The position numbers and the translations under genes are program-made. Under the pieces are notes generated by a model, which worked only from the letters and a program-made list of their open reading frames with translations, had not been told where the DNA came from and made no database searches. From Gemella haemolysans (GTDB taxonomy: Bacteria; Bacillota; Bacilli; Staphylococcales; Gemellaceae), in NCBI RefSeq assembly GCF_012273215.1, contig NZ_CP050965.1:890541-914540 (forward strand): a stretch of DNA of 24,000 bases, read 5' to 3'. Below, piece after piece: positions 1 through 8,532 of this stretch (position 1 is its first letter; each line of letters starts with the position of its first letter).

Positions 1-435
1 ATCTTCTTCACCACCGATTGAACCTACTTCACACTCGATAGAAAGACCTTTAGAGTGAGCTAAAGCGATCATTTCTTTAGATTTAGCGATGTTTTCTTCG
101 AATGGATAGTGTGATCCGTCGAACATTACTGAACTAAATCCAGCTTCGATAGCTTTTTGAGTCCCTTCGTATGAACCATGGTCTAAGTGTAATGCTACAG
201 GAACTGTGATTTTCATTTCTTCTACCATAGCTTCAACCATAGCTGCTACAGTTCTGAAACCAGTCATGTATTTAACTGCTCCTTCACTTACTCCTAAGAT
301 TACTGGACTTTTTGCTTCTTCACAAGCTGCTAAAATAGCTTTTGTCCATTCTAAGTTATTGATGTTGAAATGCCCTACTGCATATCCTTCTTTTCTTGCT
401 TTTACAAGCATGTCTTTTGCTGGTACTAATACCAT
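1..435 (-). CDS. fba: Fructose-1,6-bisphosphate aldolase, class II (5' part only; gene runs off the window start)
   Basis: Absent from the ORF track because it is truncated. Minus-strand translation from the ATG at 435-433 gives MVLVPAKDMLVKARKEGYAVGHFNINNLEWTKAILAACEEAKSPVILGVSEGAVKYMTGFRTVAAMVEAMVEEMKITVPVALHLDHGSYEGTQKAIEAGFSSVMFDGSHYPFEENIAKSKEMIALAHSKGLSIECEVGSIGGEED. This is colinear with Bacillus/Staphylococcus class II FBA, including the LHLDHG metal site. An AGGAGG SD lies at 450-445, 9 nt upstream. Confidence 0.88.
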   Translation of the reverse strand, partial: MVLVPAKDMLVKARKEGYAVGHFNINNLEWTKAILAACEEAKSPVILGVSEGAVKYMTGFRTVAAMVEAMVEEMKITVPVALHLDHGSYEGTQKAIEAGFSSVMFDGSHYPFEENIAKSKEMIALAHSKGLSIECEVGSIGGEED

Positions 436-748
436 GTTGTTTGTCCTCCTTAAATAACTACTTACTATATATTATAATACTACACTTTTTAGAAAAAATA
501 AACTATTTTCTTTTATAATTTTCAATTAAGTGTAATATTTATTAAATTTTAACATATTAATTCTTCTATTCTTTGGTATCACAAGTTTTCTCTGTTAACG
601 TATACATAGTTAATTTTTTAGTTTTTATAAATTCGCACTTTAAACTTTCTAACTTGATTTTTTTAAAATTTTCATTTATTTAAACTATTTAATTTTTTCT
701 CTAAATTTATTTATTATACTAGTACACCTCTAGAATTTGAAAAAATCA

Positions 749-782
749 CCCCAAAACTAGTTGTTTATACTAATATTTGAGG
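749..782 (-). terminator. Possible rho-independent terminator downstream of the rluD-like gene
   Basis: On the minus strand, CCUCAAA (782-776) pairs with UUUUGGGG (756-749) in a 7-bp stem with one G-U. The loop is about 19 nt and is followed by UGAUUUUUUC. The large loop makes this weak. Confidence 0.35.
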
Positions 783-803
783 CGATATATTATACTTTTT
801 TTA

Positions 804-1703
804 CTATTTATCTAATTTAGACATAGTTTCAACCATGTATTCAGGAATTTCTGTTTCAAAATATAAATGTTCTCCTGTGATTGGGTGGTTGAATTCGATA
901 CTTTTTGAATGTAGTGCTTGTCCATTAGTATTTAATGTTTTTCTTGGACCATATACTGGATCTCCTACTAATGGGTGGTTGATGTATTTCATATGTACTC
1001 TAATTTGGTGAGTACGACCAGTTTCTAATTCACACTCGATAAGTGTATATTTCTCGAATCTATCTACTACTTTAAAGTGTGTAATAGATAGTTTCCCTTC
1101 ATCGATAACTGCCATTTCTTTACGTTCTTTTGGATTACGAGCTATTGGAGCATCAATTGTTCCGTAGTCATGTTTGATACTACCGTGAACAAGAGCATAA
1201 TATTTTCTCTTAACATCTTTATTCGCAATCATTTCAGATAATTTAACGTGTGCTTTATCATTTTTCGCAACGATTAATAGTCCTGAAGTATCTTTATCTA
1301 TTCTGTGAACAATACCAGGTCTAATAGTACCATTAATACTTGAAAGTTCACTGTGGAATAATAAGGCATTAACTAATGTTCCATCTTTGTGACCTACTGA
1401 TGGGTGAACAACCATACCTTTAGCTTTATTTACGATAATTAAATCATCATCTTCATATACAATATCAATTGGAATATCTTGTTTTACAACGTCTAATTCT
1501 TCAGGTTCCTTGTATTCAATAGTAATAACATTTCCGTCTTTTAATTTATAATTTGTTTTAATATTATTTCCATCTACTTTAATATAACCTTCAGAAATTA
1601 AGTTCTGGATATTTGTTCTAGAAACATCTGTTAATTCTTGTTGTAAAAATTTATCGATTCTTTCACTTTTCGGTGAAGTATATATAATTTTTTGTGTATC
1701 CAT
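804..1703 (-). CDS. rluD: RluA-family 23S rRNA pseudouridine synthase (RluD-like) with N-terminal S4 RNA-binding domain
   Basis: 299-aa ORF. It carries the catalytic motif HRIDKDTSGLLIVAKN, the downstream GRTHQIRVH motif, and an N-terminal S4-like segment (RIDKFLQQEL...SRTNIQNLISEGYIKVDG). GGAGG lies upstream of the ATG at 1703. Confidence 0.85.
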   Translation of the reverse strand: MDTQKIIYTSPKSERIDKFLQQELTDVSRTNIQNLISEGYIKVDGNNIKTNYKLKDGNVITIEYKEPEELDVVKQDIPIDIVYEDDDLIIVNKAKGMVVHPSVGHKDGTLVNALLFHSELSSINGTIRPGIVHRIDKDTSGLLIVAKNDKAHVKLSEMIANKDVKRKYYALVHGSIKHDYGTIDAPIARNPKERKEMAVIDEGKLSITHFKVVDRFEKYTLIECELETGRTHQIRVHMKYINHPLVGDPVYGPRKTLNTNGQALHSKSIEFNHPITGEHLYFETEIPEYMVETMSKLDK

Positions 1704-1864
1704 TACTTCCTCCTTTTTTCATACTATACTATCTTAACATATACATTCAAAAAAACAAAATGAAATATAGTAGAAATGTTTTAAAATATGGTACTTCTTT
1801 TAGATTTAAAACTTAATATTTTATAAATAGAATAAATTAATCAATTTCTATCTCTTTCACTATT

Positions 1865-1897
1865 ATTCTTTCTATATTATAATATTATAGAAAGAAT
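1865..1897. repeat. Perfect 12-bp inverted repeat (ATTCTTTCTATA N9 TATAGAAAGAAT) in the rluD/uvrB divergent intergenic region
   Basis: Read directly from the sequence: arms at 1865-1876 and 1886-1897, spacer TTATAATAT. It lies about 80 bp upstream of the uvrB start. Function unknown. Confidence 0.5.
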
Positions 1898-1974
1898 TAA
1901 TGAACATTTTGTGTGAGTTACTTTATTTATAAAACATTACTCACAATACAACTATTGAAAAAGGAGTGGATTTT

Positions 1975-3975
1975 TTGGAAATTAATAGATTACATGTAGA
2001 TTTTGACCTTCAAAGTAAGTATGAACCTAAAGGAGATCAGATAAATGCGATTGCCGAACTTACTGAAGGTTTAAATAATGGAGAAAAATATCAAACTTTA
2101 CTGGGGGCTACAGGTACGGGTAAAACATTCACCATAGCTAACATTGTGAAAAATGTAGGCAAACCTACCCTAGTTCTAGCTCACAACAAGACACTAGCCG
2201 GACAACTTTATAACGAGCTTAAAGAGTTTTTCCCGAATAACCGAGTTGAGTATTTCGTTTCATACTATGATTACTTCCAACCAGAAGCATATGTTCCATC
2301 GACAGATACTTATATAGAAAAAGATTCTTCAGTAAATGACGAAATCGATAAACTTCGACACAGTGCAACATCATCTTTATTCGATCGTGATGATGTAATT
2401 ATAGTTTCGAGTGTCAGCTGTATATATGGATTGGGATCTCCAGAAGAATATTCTTCTCTAGTGCTATCATTACGCGTTGGAGATGAAATAAGTCGTAATA
2501 AAATGTTAGAAAAACTTATTAGTATTCAATATATGAGAAATGATATCGAGTTTACTCGTGGTACTTTTAGAGTTCGTGGAGATGTTATTGAAATTTTCCC
2601 AGCATCTCGTAGTGAAAATTCGGTTCGTGTAGAAATGTTTGGAGATGAAATCGATCGTATTCGTGAGATTAATCCACTTACTGGTGAAGTATTAAGTGAA
2701 CTAGAACATATAGCAATCTATCCTGCCAGTCACTTCGTAGCTGGTGATGAAAAAACTAAAGAAGCAATTAAGAGAATTAGAGCTGAACTGGAAGAAAGAC
2801 TAAAAGTTCTTAATATGGAAAACAAACTTCTAGAAGCTCAACGTCTTGAACAACGTACTAACTACGACCTTGAAATGATGGAGGAGATGGGATTTTGTTC
2901 TGGAATAGAAAACTACTCTCTTCACCTTACACTTCGTGAACCTGGTAGCACACCCTATACATTACTAGACTACTTCCCTGATGATTGGTTACTCGTGGTA
3001 GATGAGTCTCACGTTACTCTTCCACAAGTTCGTGGTATGTTTAACGGAGATAGAGCTCGTAAACAAGTTCTTGTTGATTATGGATTCAGATTACCTACAG
3101 CTCTTGATAACCGACCATTAAACTTCGAAGAATTCGAGAAAAAATTAAATCAAGCTATTTTCGTATCAGCGACACCTGGCGATTTCGAATTAGAACATAG
3201 TACAAAAATTACTGAACAAATTATTCGTCCTACAGGATTATTAGATCCTATTATCGATATTCGCCCAGTAAGTGATCAAGTCTTCGATATAACCAAAGAA
3301 GCTGAGAAGATTATAGCTAAAGGAGAACGTGTTCTAATCACTACTCTTACGAAAAAGATGGCAGAGTCTCTTACTGCGTATCTGAAAGAAAATGGATTAA
3401 AAGTAGAATATCTACACTCTGATATAAAAACTTTAGAACGTACTGAAATAATTAGAAATCTACGTCTTGGTAAATTCGATATTCTAATAGGAATTAACCT
3501 ACTTCGAGAAGGATTAGATATTCCTGAAGTATCTCTTGTGGCTATTCTAGATGCAGATAAAGAAGGATTTTTACGTGGAGATAAAGCACTTCTTCAAACG
3601 ATTGGACGTGCCGCTCGTAATGCAAACGGTCGTGTAATCATGTACGCTGATAATATTACTCGAAGTATGAGAAAAGCAATAGATGAAACAAATCGACGTC
3701 GAGAAATTCAAATGGCTTATAATGAAGAACACGGAATTATTCCTCAAACAATTATCAAAGATATTCGTGACTCTATAAGTGCTAAGAAAGAAGTCGTTAA
3801 AGATGATGAAATTCTAGAACTTGAAGAAAGTGCAAATATCAACGATGATAATATCGAAGAACACTTAGCAGAATTAGAACAACAAATGTTCGCTGCAGCA
3901 GAAAAATTTGAGTTTGAACAAGCCGCGAAACTTCGTGACACCATCGCAGAACTTAAAGAAAAATATAAATTATAA
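1975..3975 (+). CDS. uvrB: Excinuclease ABC subunit B (UvrB)
   Basis: Walker [10 protein letters not shown], beta-hairpin region [16 protein letters not shown] box (VVDESHVT), helicase motif [14 protein letters not shown], and C-terminal UVR domain ([17 protein letters not shown]). The track ORF opens at GTG 1966, but that codon overlaps the AAGGAG SD (1961-1966). The in-frame TTG at 1975 is 8 nt downstream of the SD and is the more likely start. Confidence 0.93.
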   Translation: MEINRLHVDFDLQSKYEPKGDQINAIAELTEGLNNGEKYQTLLGATGTGKTFTIANIVKNVGKPTLVLAHNKTLAGQLYNELKEFFPNNRVEYFVSYYDYFQPEAYVPSTDTYIEKDSSVNDEIDKLRHSATSSLFDRDDVIIVSSVSCIYGLGSPEEYSSLVLSLRVGDEISRNKMLEKLISIQYMRNDIEFTRGTFRVRGDVIEIFPASRSENSVRVEMFGDEIDRIREINPLTGEVLSELEHIAIYPASHFVAGDEKTKEAIKRIRAELEERLKVLNMENKLLEAQRLEQRTNYDLEMMEEMGFCSGIENYSLHLTLREPGSTPYTLLDYFPDDWLLVVDESHVTLPQVRGMFNGDRARKQVLVDYGFRLPTALDNRPLNFEEFEKKLNQAIFVSATPGDFELEHSTKITEQIIRPTGLLDPIIDIRPVSDQVFDITKEAEKIIAKGERVLITTLTKKMAESLTAYLKENGLKVEYLHSDIKTLERTEIIRNLRLGKFDILIGINLLREGLDIPEVSLVAILDADKEGFLRGDKALLQTIGRAARNANGRVIMYADNITRSMRKAIDETNRRREIQMAYNEEHGIIPQTIIKDIRDSISAKKEVVKDDEILELEESANINDDNIEEHLAELEQQMFAAAEKFEFEQAAKLRDTIAELKEKYKL

Positions 3976-4012
3976 AAAGGGCTGGCCTATTGGTCAACCC
4001 TTAAATTTTTTC
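3976..4012. terminator. Bidirectional rho-independent terminator between convergent uvrB and the 4001-4810 ORF
   Basis: The hairpin arms GGGCTGGCC (3979-3987) and GGTCAACCC (3992-4000) pair at 8 of 9 positions, including one G-U, around the loop TATT. An A-run precedes it and a T-run follows, so it can terminate on either strand. Confidence 0.65.
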
Positions 4013-4810
4013 TCTTATTGCTTTTGCTTGCCTTACTACATAATAATTTTCATTATATTGTAATAATAAGTCAATGTACTTATTAGCTTCTTCTTTATTT
4101 TCTTTTAGTACTTCATTACAAAGATAGAAATAATAATTAAATACTTTCGAACACTCTACTATATTATCATTTAATTCTTCTTTAAAATTATCAACCGGTT
4201 CTTTTAAAACTAGCACTTTATATATATTATCTAATTTATTATTATACATTTGAACAGCTTCTTGATTTTTATTAACTGTTTTCACTAATTGTTTTTCTAA
4301 TTCTTCTAAATCAAATTCTTTTTCAGTAAAAATATTTAACATAAACCTAGAAAAGTGATACCATATTTCAGTTCCTCTTAAGGCACCTCTAATATAACCT
4401 GATTGAGTAAGTTTTACTTTTGCTAAATATTCTTCACTCTTATCAAAGTTACCGTAGATAAGCTCAACTAGTGCCATATAGTTGTAATATGTACTATTTC
4501 TAGTTAATTTTTTATTTTTATGTTGTTCATGCATAAAATCCATAAATCCAGCTAATTCTAAATTATTTAATAACTTTAATCCAATTACATTTTCAATTTT
4601 ATATCCTTCCTTAGCAAAATAACCAACTATTATAAAGAAAAATATTGCGAATATAATAAAAGCTACTGTATCGCTATACCCTAGTTTCATTTGAGTTATA
4701 GCTAATGCAAAAAGAAACACAATATATACAAAGATAAATTTATATACTAGATTAATCTTTCTTTTACGCAAGGTTTTAAAATCATATTTATCTTCTAATT
4801 TTTTATTCAA
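4001..4810 (-). CDS. Hypothetical membrane protein (two N-terminal TM helices plus a helical cytoplasmic domain); no family recognised
   Basis: 269-aa ORF with a TTG start at 4810-4808. AGGAGG lies about 9 nt upstream. Hydrophobic segments are LVYKFIFVYIVFLFALAI and VAFIIFAIFFFIIVGYF. The remainder is Lys/Glu/Asn-rich and helical. It is more AT-rich than its neighbours. Confidence 0.6.
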   Translation of the reverse strand: MNKKLEDKYDFKTLRKRKINLVYKFIFVYIVFLFALAITQMKLGYSDTVAFIIFAIFFFIIVGYFAKEGYKIENVIGLKLLNNLELAGFMDFMHEQHKNKKLTRNSTYYNYMALVELIYGNFDKSEEYLAKVKLTQSGYIRGALRGTEIWYHFSRFMLNIFTEKEFDLEELEKQLVKTVNKNQEAVQMYNNKLDNIYKVLVLKEPVDNFKEELNDNIVECSKVFNYYFYLCNEVLKENKEEANKYIDLLLQYNENYYVVRQAKAIREKI

Positions 4811-4952
4811 ACCTTACTTCCTCCTACTAATATCATTTTTTGTACATACTCTATTATAAATTCGATACTACAAAAATACAATATTAATATGTATTAAAAT
4901 AATAAATTAACATTTTAAATTAGTTATAAAACTACTCTACTTTATATTTTTG

Positions 4953-4961
4953 TGGTATAAT
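4953..4961 (+). promoter_or_regulatory. Candidate extended -10 promoter (TGgTATAAT) for ddl-murF
   Basis: TGGTATAAT is read at 4953-4961, about 130 nt upstream of the ddl ATG. There is no good -35. A 7-bp hairpin (ACTAGAT/ATCTAGT, 4975-4993) follows in the putative leader. Confidence 0.35.
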
Positions 4962-5090
4962 TATACGATATAATACTAGATTTAATATCTAGTGTGTTAG
5001 TAGCGTAGTAAATTATTATCACATAATTCTATGAACTGTAACAACAATTTTTAAAATAACAATATAAAAATTTTATTTAGGAGATTTTTT

Positions 5091-6158
5091 ATGACAAAAC
5101 AAAATATTGGAATTATTTATGGTGGGAAAAGTGCTGAACACTCAATTTCACTATTAACAGCAAAATCAATTATTAACGCAATTGATAAAGAAAAATACAA
5201 CGTATTCCCTATCTTTATCTCATTAGAAGGAAACTGGGCTCGTGGTGAACAAATTACATCAGAAATAGCTGATCAACACGACCTTATCTTCTCAAACTTT
5301 GATAATGACATCAGTGGATTATTATTTGAAGATGGACGTAAATTCGATATCGTCTTCCCTGTTCTTCACGGACCAAATGGTGAAGATGGAACAATCCAAG
5401 GTTTACTAGAAATTATGGATATAGCTTATGTTGGTAACAACGTACTTTCAAGTGCTGCTGGTATGGACAAAGTAGTTATGAAACAGTTATTCGCTGCTTA
5501 CGACCTTCCACAACTTCCATATGTTCACTTTATCGAGTATACATGGAAAAATAAAAAAGATGCTATTATCGCTGAAATCAATGAAAAACTTAAATACCCT
5601 GTTTTCGTTAAACCTGCAAACTTAGGTTCATCAGTTGGTATCAGCCGTTGTAATGATGAAGCTGAATTAGTTAAAGGTATTGAAGAAGCTCTTAAATTCG
5701 ATAAAAAAATCGTTGTTGAACAAGGTGCTGTTGGAGCTAAAGAAATCGAAGTTGCAGTACTTGGTTACAATGAAGTAAAAACTACAGATCCAGGTGAAAT
5801 CGTAAATATTTCTTCAACAGAATTCTACGATTATGAAACTAAATATACTGATGGACAATCACGTATGGATATTCCTGCACCAGTAGATACAACTCTATAT
5901 CCTAAATTTAGAGAAATGGCAGCTACTGCTTTCCGTGCAATCAGTGGATCTGGTCTTGTACGCGCTGACTTCTTCTACACTAAAGAAGGAGAAATCTTCA
6001 TTAACGAAGTAAACACAATGCCTGGTTTCACACCATTCTCAATGTTCCCTTCTCTATGGGCAAACATGAATGTAAGTTATTCTGAAATCATCGAAGAATT
6101 ATTCAAGCTAGCTATAGAGCGTTATGAAGATCGTAAAGACTTATTAACTGAAGAATAG
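5091..6158 (+). CDS. ddl: D-alanine--D-alanine ligase
   Basis: 355 aa. N-terminal IGIIYGGKSAEHSISL, HGPNGEDGTIQGLLE, an ATP-grasp core, and C-terminal FINEVNTMPGFT. GGAG lies upstream of the ATG. It is followed 8 nt later by murF, the classic ddl-murF pair. Confidence 0.95.
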   Translation: MTKQNIGIIYGGKSAEHSISLLTAKSIINAIDKEKYNVFPIFISLEGNWARGEQITSEIADQHDLIFSNFDNDISGLLFEDGRKFDIVFPVLHGPNGEDGTIQGLLEIMDIAYVGNNVLSSAAGMDKVVMKQLFAAYDLPQLPYVHFIEYTWKNKKDAIIAEINEKLKYPVFVKPANLGSSVGISRCNDEAELVKGIEEALKFDKKIVVEQGAVGAKEIEVAVLGYNEVKTTDPGEIVNISSTEFYDYETKYTDGQSRMDIPAPVDTTLYPKFREMAATAFRAISGSGLVRADFFYTKEGEIFINEVNTMPGFTPFSMFPSLWANMNVSYSEIIEELFKLAIERYEDRKDLLTEE

Positions 6159-6166
6159 GATAAGAC

Positions 6167-7528
6167 ATGAAATATTTAGTTAAAGATTTAGAAAAAATAT
6201 TAAATGCAAAAAAAGTAAATATCACTAGCGATACAGAAATTACAGGTATCGCAATCGATAGTAGAAAAGTAAAACAAGGGGATCTATTTATCCCCTTCTT
6301 AGGTGAAAATGTAGATGGTCACAACTATATAGAAAGTGCTTTTGAAAAAGGTGCTGCAGCGAGCTTATCTCTAAAAGATGACTTCGTTTCTAGCAATAAC
6401 ATTATCTATGTTAATGATAGCTACGAAGCTATTCAAACTTTAGCAAAACACTACTTAGACAGCTTAAATGCTAAAACTATCGCTATCACAGGTAGTAACG
6501 GTAAAACTACTACAAAAGATATAATTACAAGTGTATTATCAACAAAATATAAAGTTCACAAAACACAAGGTAACTTTAACAACGAACTTGGTGTACCATT
6601 AACTATTCTTGCTGCACCAGAAGATAGTGAAATACTAGTACTTGAAATGGGAGCTGATGGATTCGGTCAACTTGATTTCTTATCTAAGTTGGTTGAACCA
6701 AATTATACAGTAATTACAAATATCGGTGAAAGTCATATAGAATTCTTCAAATCTCGTGAAGGTATTGCTAAGGCTAAATTCGAAATCACTAACGGAATGA
6801 AAAAAGATGGATACTTCGTTTATAACGGAGATGAAGTTCTTCTAAAATCATTAGTAGATTCATCAGATTTCAATACTACTTCATGTGGTGAAAATAACTA
6901 TAACGATATTATTTTGGAAAACTACACTATTACTCGTGATAGAATTGATTTTAAACTTAACATCAGCGATGAACAATACTTCACTAAATTAAAAGGAAAA
7001 CATAATTTATTTAACATTATGTTCGCAACAGCTATCGCTAGTAAAATTGGATTAACTAATGAAGAAATTCGTAAAGCTATCGAAAATACTGTAGAAATCA
7101 CTGGTATGCGTCTGCAAAGTATTCCTTACAAAGAAGATTCACTTATTATTAACGATGCATATAACGCCAGCCCTACTTCTATGAAAGCTGGAGTAGATGT
7201 CGTTAGTAGTTTTGATGACTTCGATTTTAAAACATTAGTATTAGGAAGCATGTTCGAACTTGGACCAAATGAAGTTAACTACCACGCTGAAGTTGGTGAA
7301 TACATCTCTAACAAAACTAACGATATAAATTTAGTAATCAGCGTAGGAGAACTTGCCGAAAACATTACTAAACAAATTAAAAATGACAAAATAAAAACAC
7401 TACACTTCCCTACTACAGCAGAAGTAAGTGAATATTTAAAAAATAACAAACATAAAAACGAAGTTATCCTATTAAAAGCAAGTCGATCAATGAAATTAGA
7501 GACGATTATTGAGGAGATAACGAAGTAA
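6167..7528 (+). CDS. murF: UDP-N-acetylmuramoyl-tripeptide--D-alanyl-D-alanine ligase
   Basis: 453 aa. Mur-ligase P-loop ITGSNGKTTTKD, the central-domain motif VITNIGESHIEFF, and the C-terminal motif INDAYNASPTSM. Confidence 0.93.
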   Translation: MKYLVKDLEKILNAKKVNITSDTEITGIAIDSRKVKQGDLFIPFLGENVDGHNYIESAFEKGAAASLSLKDDFVSSNNIIYVNDSYEAIQTLAKHYLDSLNAKTIAITGSNGKTTTKDIITSVLSTKYKVHKTQGNFNNELGVPLTILAAPEDSEILVLEMGADGFGQLDFLSKLVEPNYTVITNIGESHIEFFKSREGIAKAKFEITNGMKKDGYFVYNGDEVLLKSLVDSSDFNTTSCGENNYNDIILENYTITRDRIDFKLNISDEQYFTKLKGKHNLFNIMFATAIASKIGLTNEEIRKAIENTVEITGMRLQSIPYKEDSLIINDAYNASPTSMKAGVDVVSSFDDFDFKTLVLGSMFELGPNEVNYHAEVGEYISNKTNDINLVISVGELAENITKQIKNDKIKTLHFPTTAEVSEYLKNNKHKNEVILLKASRSMKLETIIEEITK

Positions 7529-7540
7529 CAAAATATTAGA

Positions 7541-7583
7541 GGGCGTTTACGTTTATTGAGATTAACGTGAACCCCTTTTTTTA
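7541..7583 (+). terminator. Rho-independent terminator of ddl-murF
   Basis: GGGCGTTTACGT (7541-7552) pairs with ACGTGAACCCC (7565-7575) in 11 bp with one bulged C. The loop is 12 nt and is followed by T7 (7576-7582). Confidence 0.75.
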
Positions 7584-7611
7584 TACCCTCTTCTATTCGG
7601 TAAAGTTTATG

Positions 7612-7673
7612 TAAACAAAAAATAAGATTATAGATCAAATAACACTCAATGTTATCTCATCAATAATCTTATT
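7612..7673 (-). terminator. Probable terminator/trailer hairpin at the distal end of the CRISPR array
   Basis: A perfect 11-bp inverted repeat, AATAAGATTAT (7621-7631) / ATAATCTTATT (7663-7673), encloses an inner 6-bp stem ATAACA/TGTTAT. On the minus strand it is followed by UUUUGUUUAC. It overlaps the degenerate end of the terminal repeat. Confidence 0.45.
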
Positions 7674-7705
7674 ATACAATCATAAAATTTACCTATTTCT
7701 CAAAC
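7670..7705 (-). repeat. Degenerate terminal CRISPR repeat (leader-distal)
   Basis: TATTATACAATCATAAAATTTACCTATTTCTCAAAC compared with the consensus. The 22 nt nearest the array (plus-strand 3' part AAAATTTACcTATtTCTCAAAC) match at 20 of 22, and the remainder has decayed. A 30-bp spacer (7706-7735) separates it from the next repeat. Confidence 0.8.
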
Positions 7706-8491
7706 TGCATAACGTTCTCTATCTTTTACATTTCTGTTTAGTAGAATTCAAAATTTACATATCTCTCAAACTCAGAGCACAAGTTTATAATGCTATTATT
7801 GTTTAGTAGAATTCAAAATTTACATATCTCTCAAACTGATGTTAACATAGACTATTTACACAAACTGTTTAGTAGAATTCAAAATTTACATATCTCTCAA
7901 ACATAAATTTGTTAGTAGAATTCAAAATTTAGTTTAGTAGAATTCAAAATTTACATATCTCTCAAACTGATGAAACAAACGCTTATATTGGAACAGCGTT
8001 TAGTAGAATTCAAAATTTACATATCTCTCAAACGGTTACTGGTGAAGGTATTGTTTATAGCGGTTTAGTAGAATTCAAAATTTACATATCTCTCAAACTG
8101 GTCCATGAATCAAATTATTTAAACGATGTTTAGTAGAATTCAAAATTTACATATCTCTCAAACAAAAACAACGGCAAATTAAACTCCTTTTTGGTTTAGT
8201 AGAATTCAAAATTTACATATCTCTCAAACTCTCTTCAATGCCTTCAGTCGCAACTTTAAGTTTAGTAGAATTCAAAATTTACATATCTCTCAAACTTGAT
8301 TCCCATGTAGAAAAGCAAATAATCAGTTTAGTAGAATTCAAAATTTACATATCTCTCAAACGAATTTGTCTATATTAGTAAAGATATAGAGTTTAGTAGA
8401 ATTCAAAATTTACATATCTCTCAAACACATTTAATTCTATCTACTGCATAACTAAGTTTAGTAGAATTCAAAATTTACATATCTCTCAAAC
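7670..8491 (-). CRISPR. Type II-A CRISPR array: 12 identical 36-bp repeats plus 1 degenerate terminal repeat; 12 spacers of 29-30 bp
   Basis: The repeat as written on the plus strand is GTTTAGTAGAATTCAAAATTTACATATCTCTCAAAC. In the transcribed (minus) orientation it is GTTTGAGAGATATGTAAATTTTGAATTCTACTAAAC, which follows the II-A pattern GTTT.AGAG...AAAC. Perfect copies start at 7736, 7801, 7867, 7932, 7998, 8063, 8128, 8194, 8260, 8326, 8391 and 8456, a period of 65-66 bp. The orientation is set by the degenerate repeat at the low-coordinate end, the leader and cas genes at the high-coordinate end, and the tracrRNA complementarity. Confidence 0.98.
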
Positions 8492-8532
8492 CTCAAATTG
8501 AGATTCGGAGTTGAAATTTTGAATTTAGGTAT
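8492..8532 (-). promoter_or_regulatory. CRISPR leader (only 41 nt between the tracrRNA terminator and repeat 1), ending in ATTTGAG
   Basis: The minus strand reads ATACCTAAATTCAAAATTTCAACTCCGAATCTCAATTTGAG followed directly by GTTTGAGAG. The final ATTTGAG (8498-8492) matches the leader-end motif I recall being reported for SpCas9-like II-A loci as the leader-anchoring sequence for polarised spacer integration. Confidence 0.7.

Noticed and set aside
206-457. 83-aa plus-strand ORF from the track
   Set aside because: It lies entirely antisense to the strongly supported fba coding sequence. It has low-complexity Ala/Thr/Ser composition and no SD.
1901-1916. LexA/Cheo box upstream of uvrB
   Set aside because: Only the GAAC half-site is present (TGAACATTTTGTGTG), and the second half GTTC is missing.
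1966-1974. GTG at 1966 as the uvrB start
   Set aside because: The GTG overlaps the AAGGAG Shine-Dalgarno sequence itself. The in-frame TTG at 1975 has proper 8-nt spacing.
3744-3944. 66-aa minus-strand ORF
   Set aside because: It is antisense inside the uvrB C-terminal region, Ser-rich and low-complexity, with no SD.
7279-7638. 119-aa minus-strand ORF
   Set aside because: It is antisense to the murF 3' end and spans the murF terminator. It has no SD and no recognisable family.
7706-8455. Self-targeting spacers against this window
   Set aside because: Apart from the repeat-derived unit at 7903-7931, I could find no spacer match elsewhere in the 24 kb by eye. This was not an exhaustive search.
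7736-8491. Promoters embedded in each repeat, as in Neisseria type II-C arrays
   Set aside because: The repeat in transcribed orientation has TATGTAAATT, with no correctly spaced TGnTAnnnT extended -10. The TTGAAT -35-like hexamer would need a -10 in the variable spacers.
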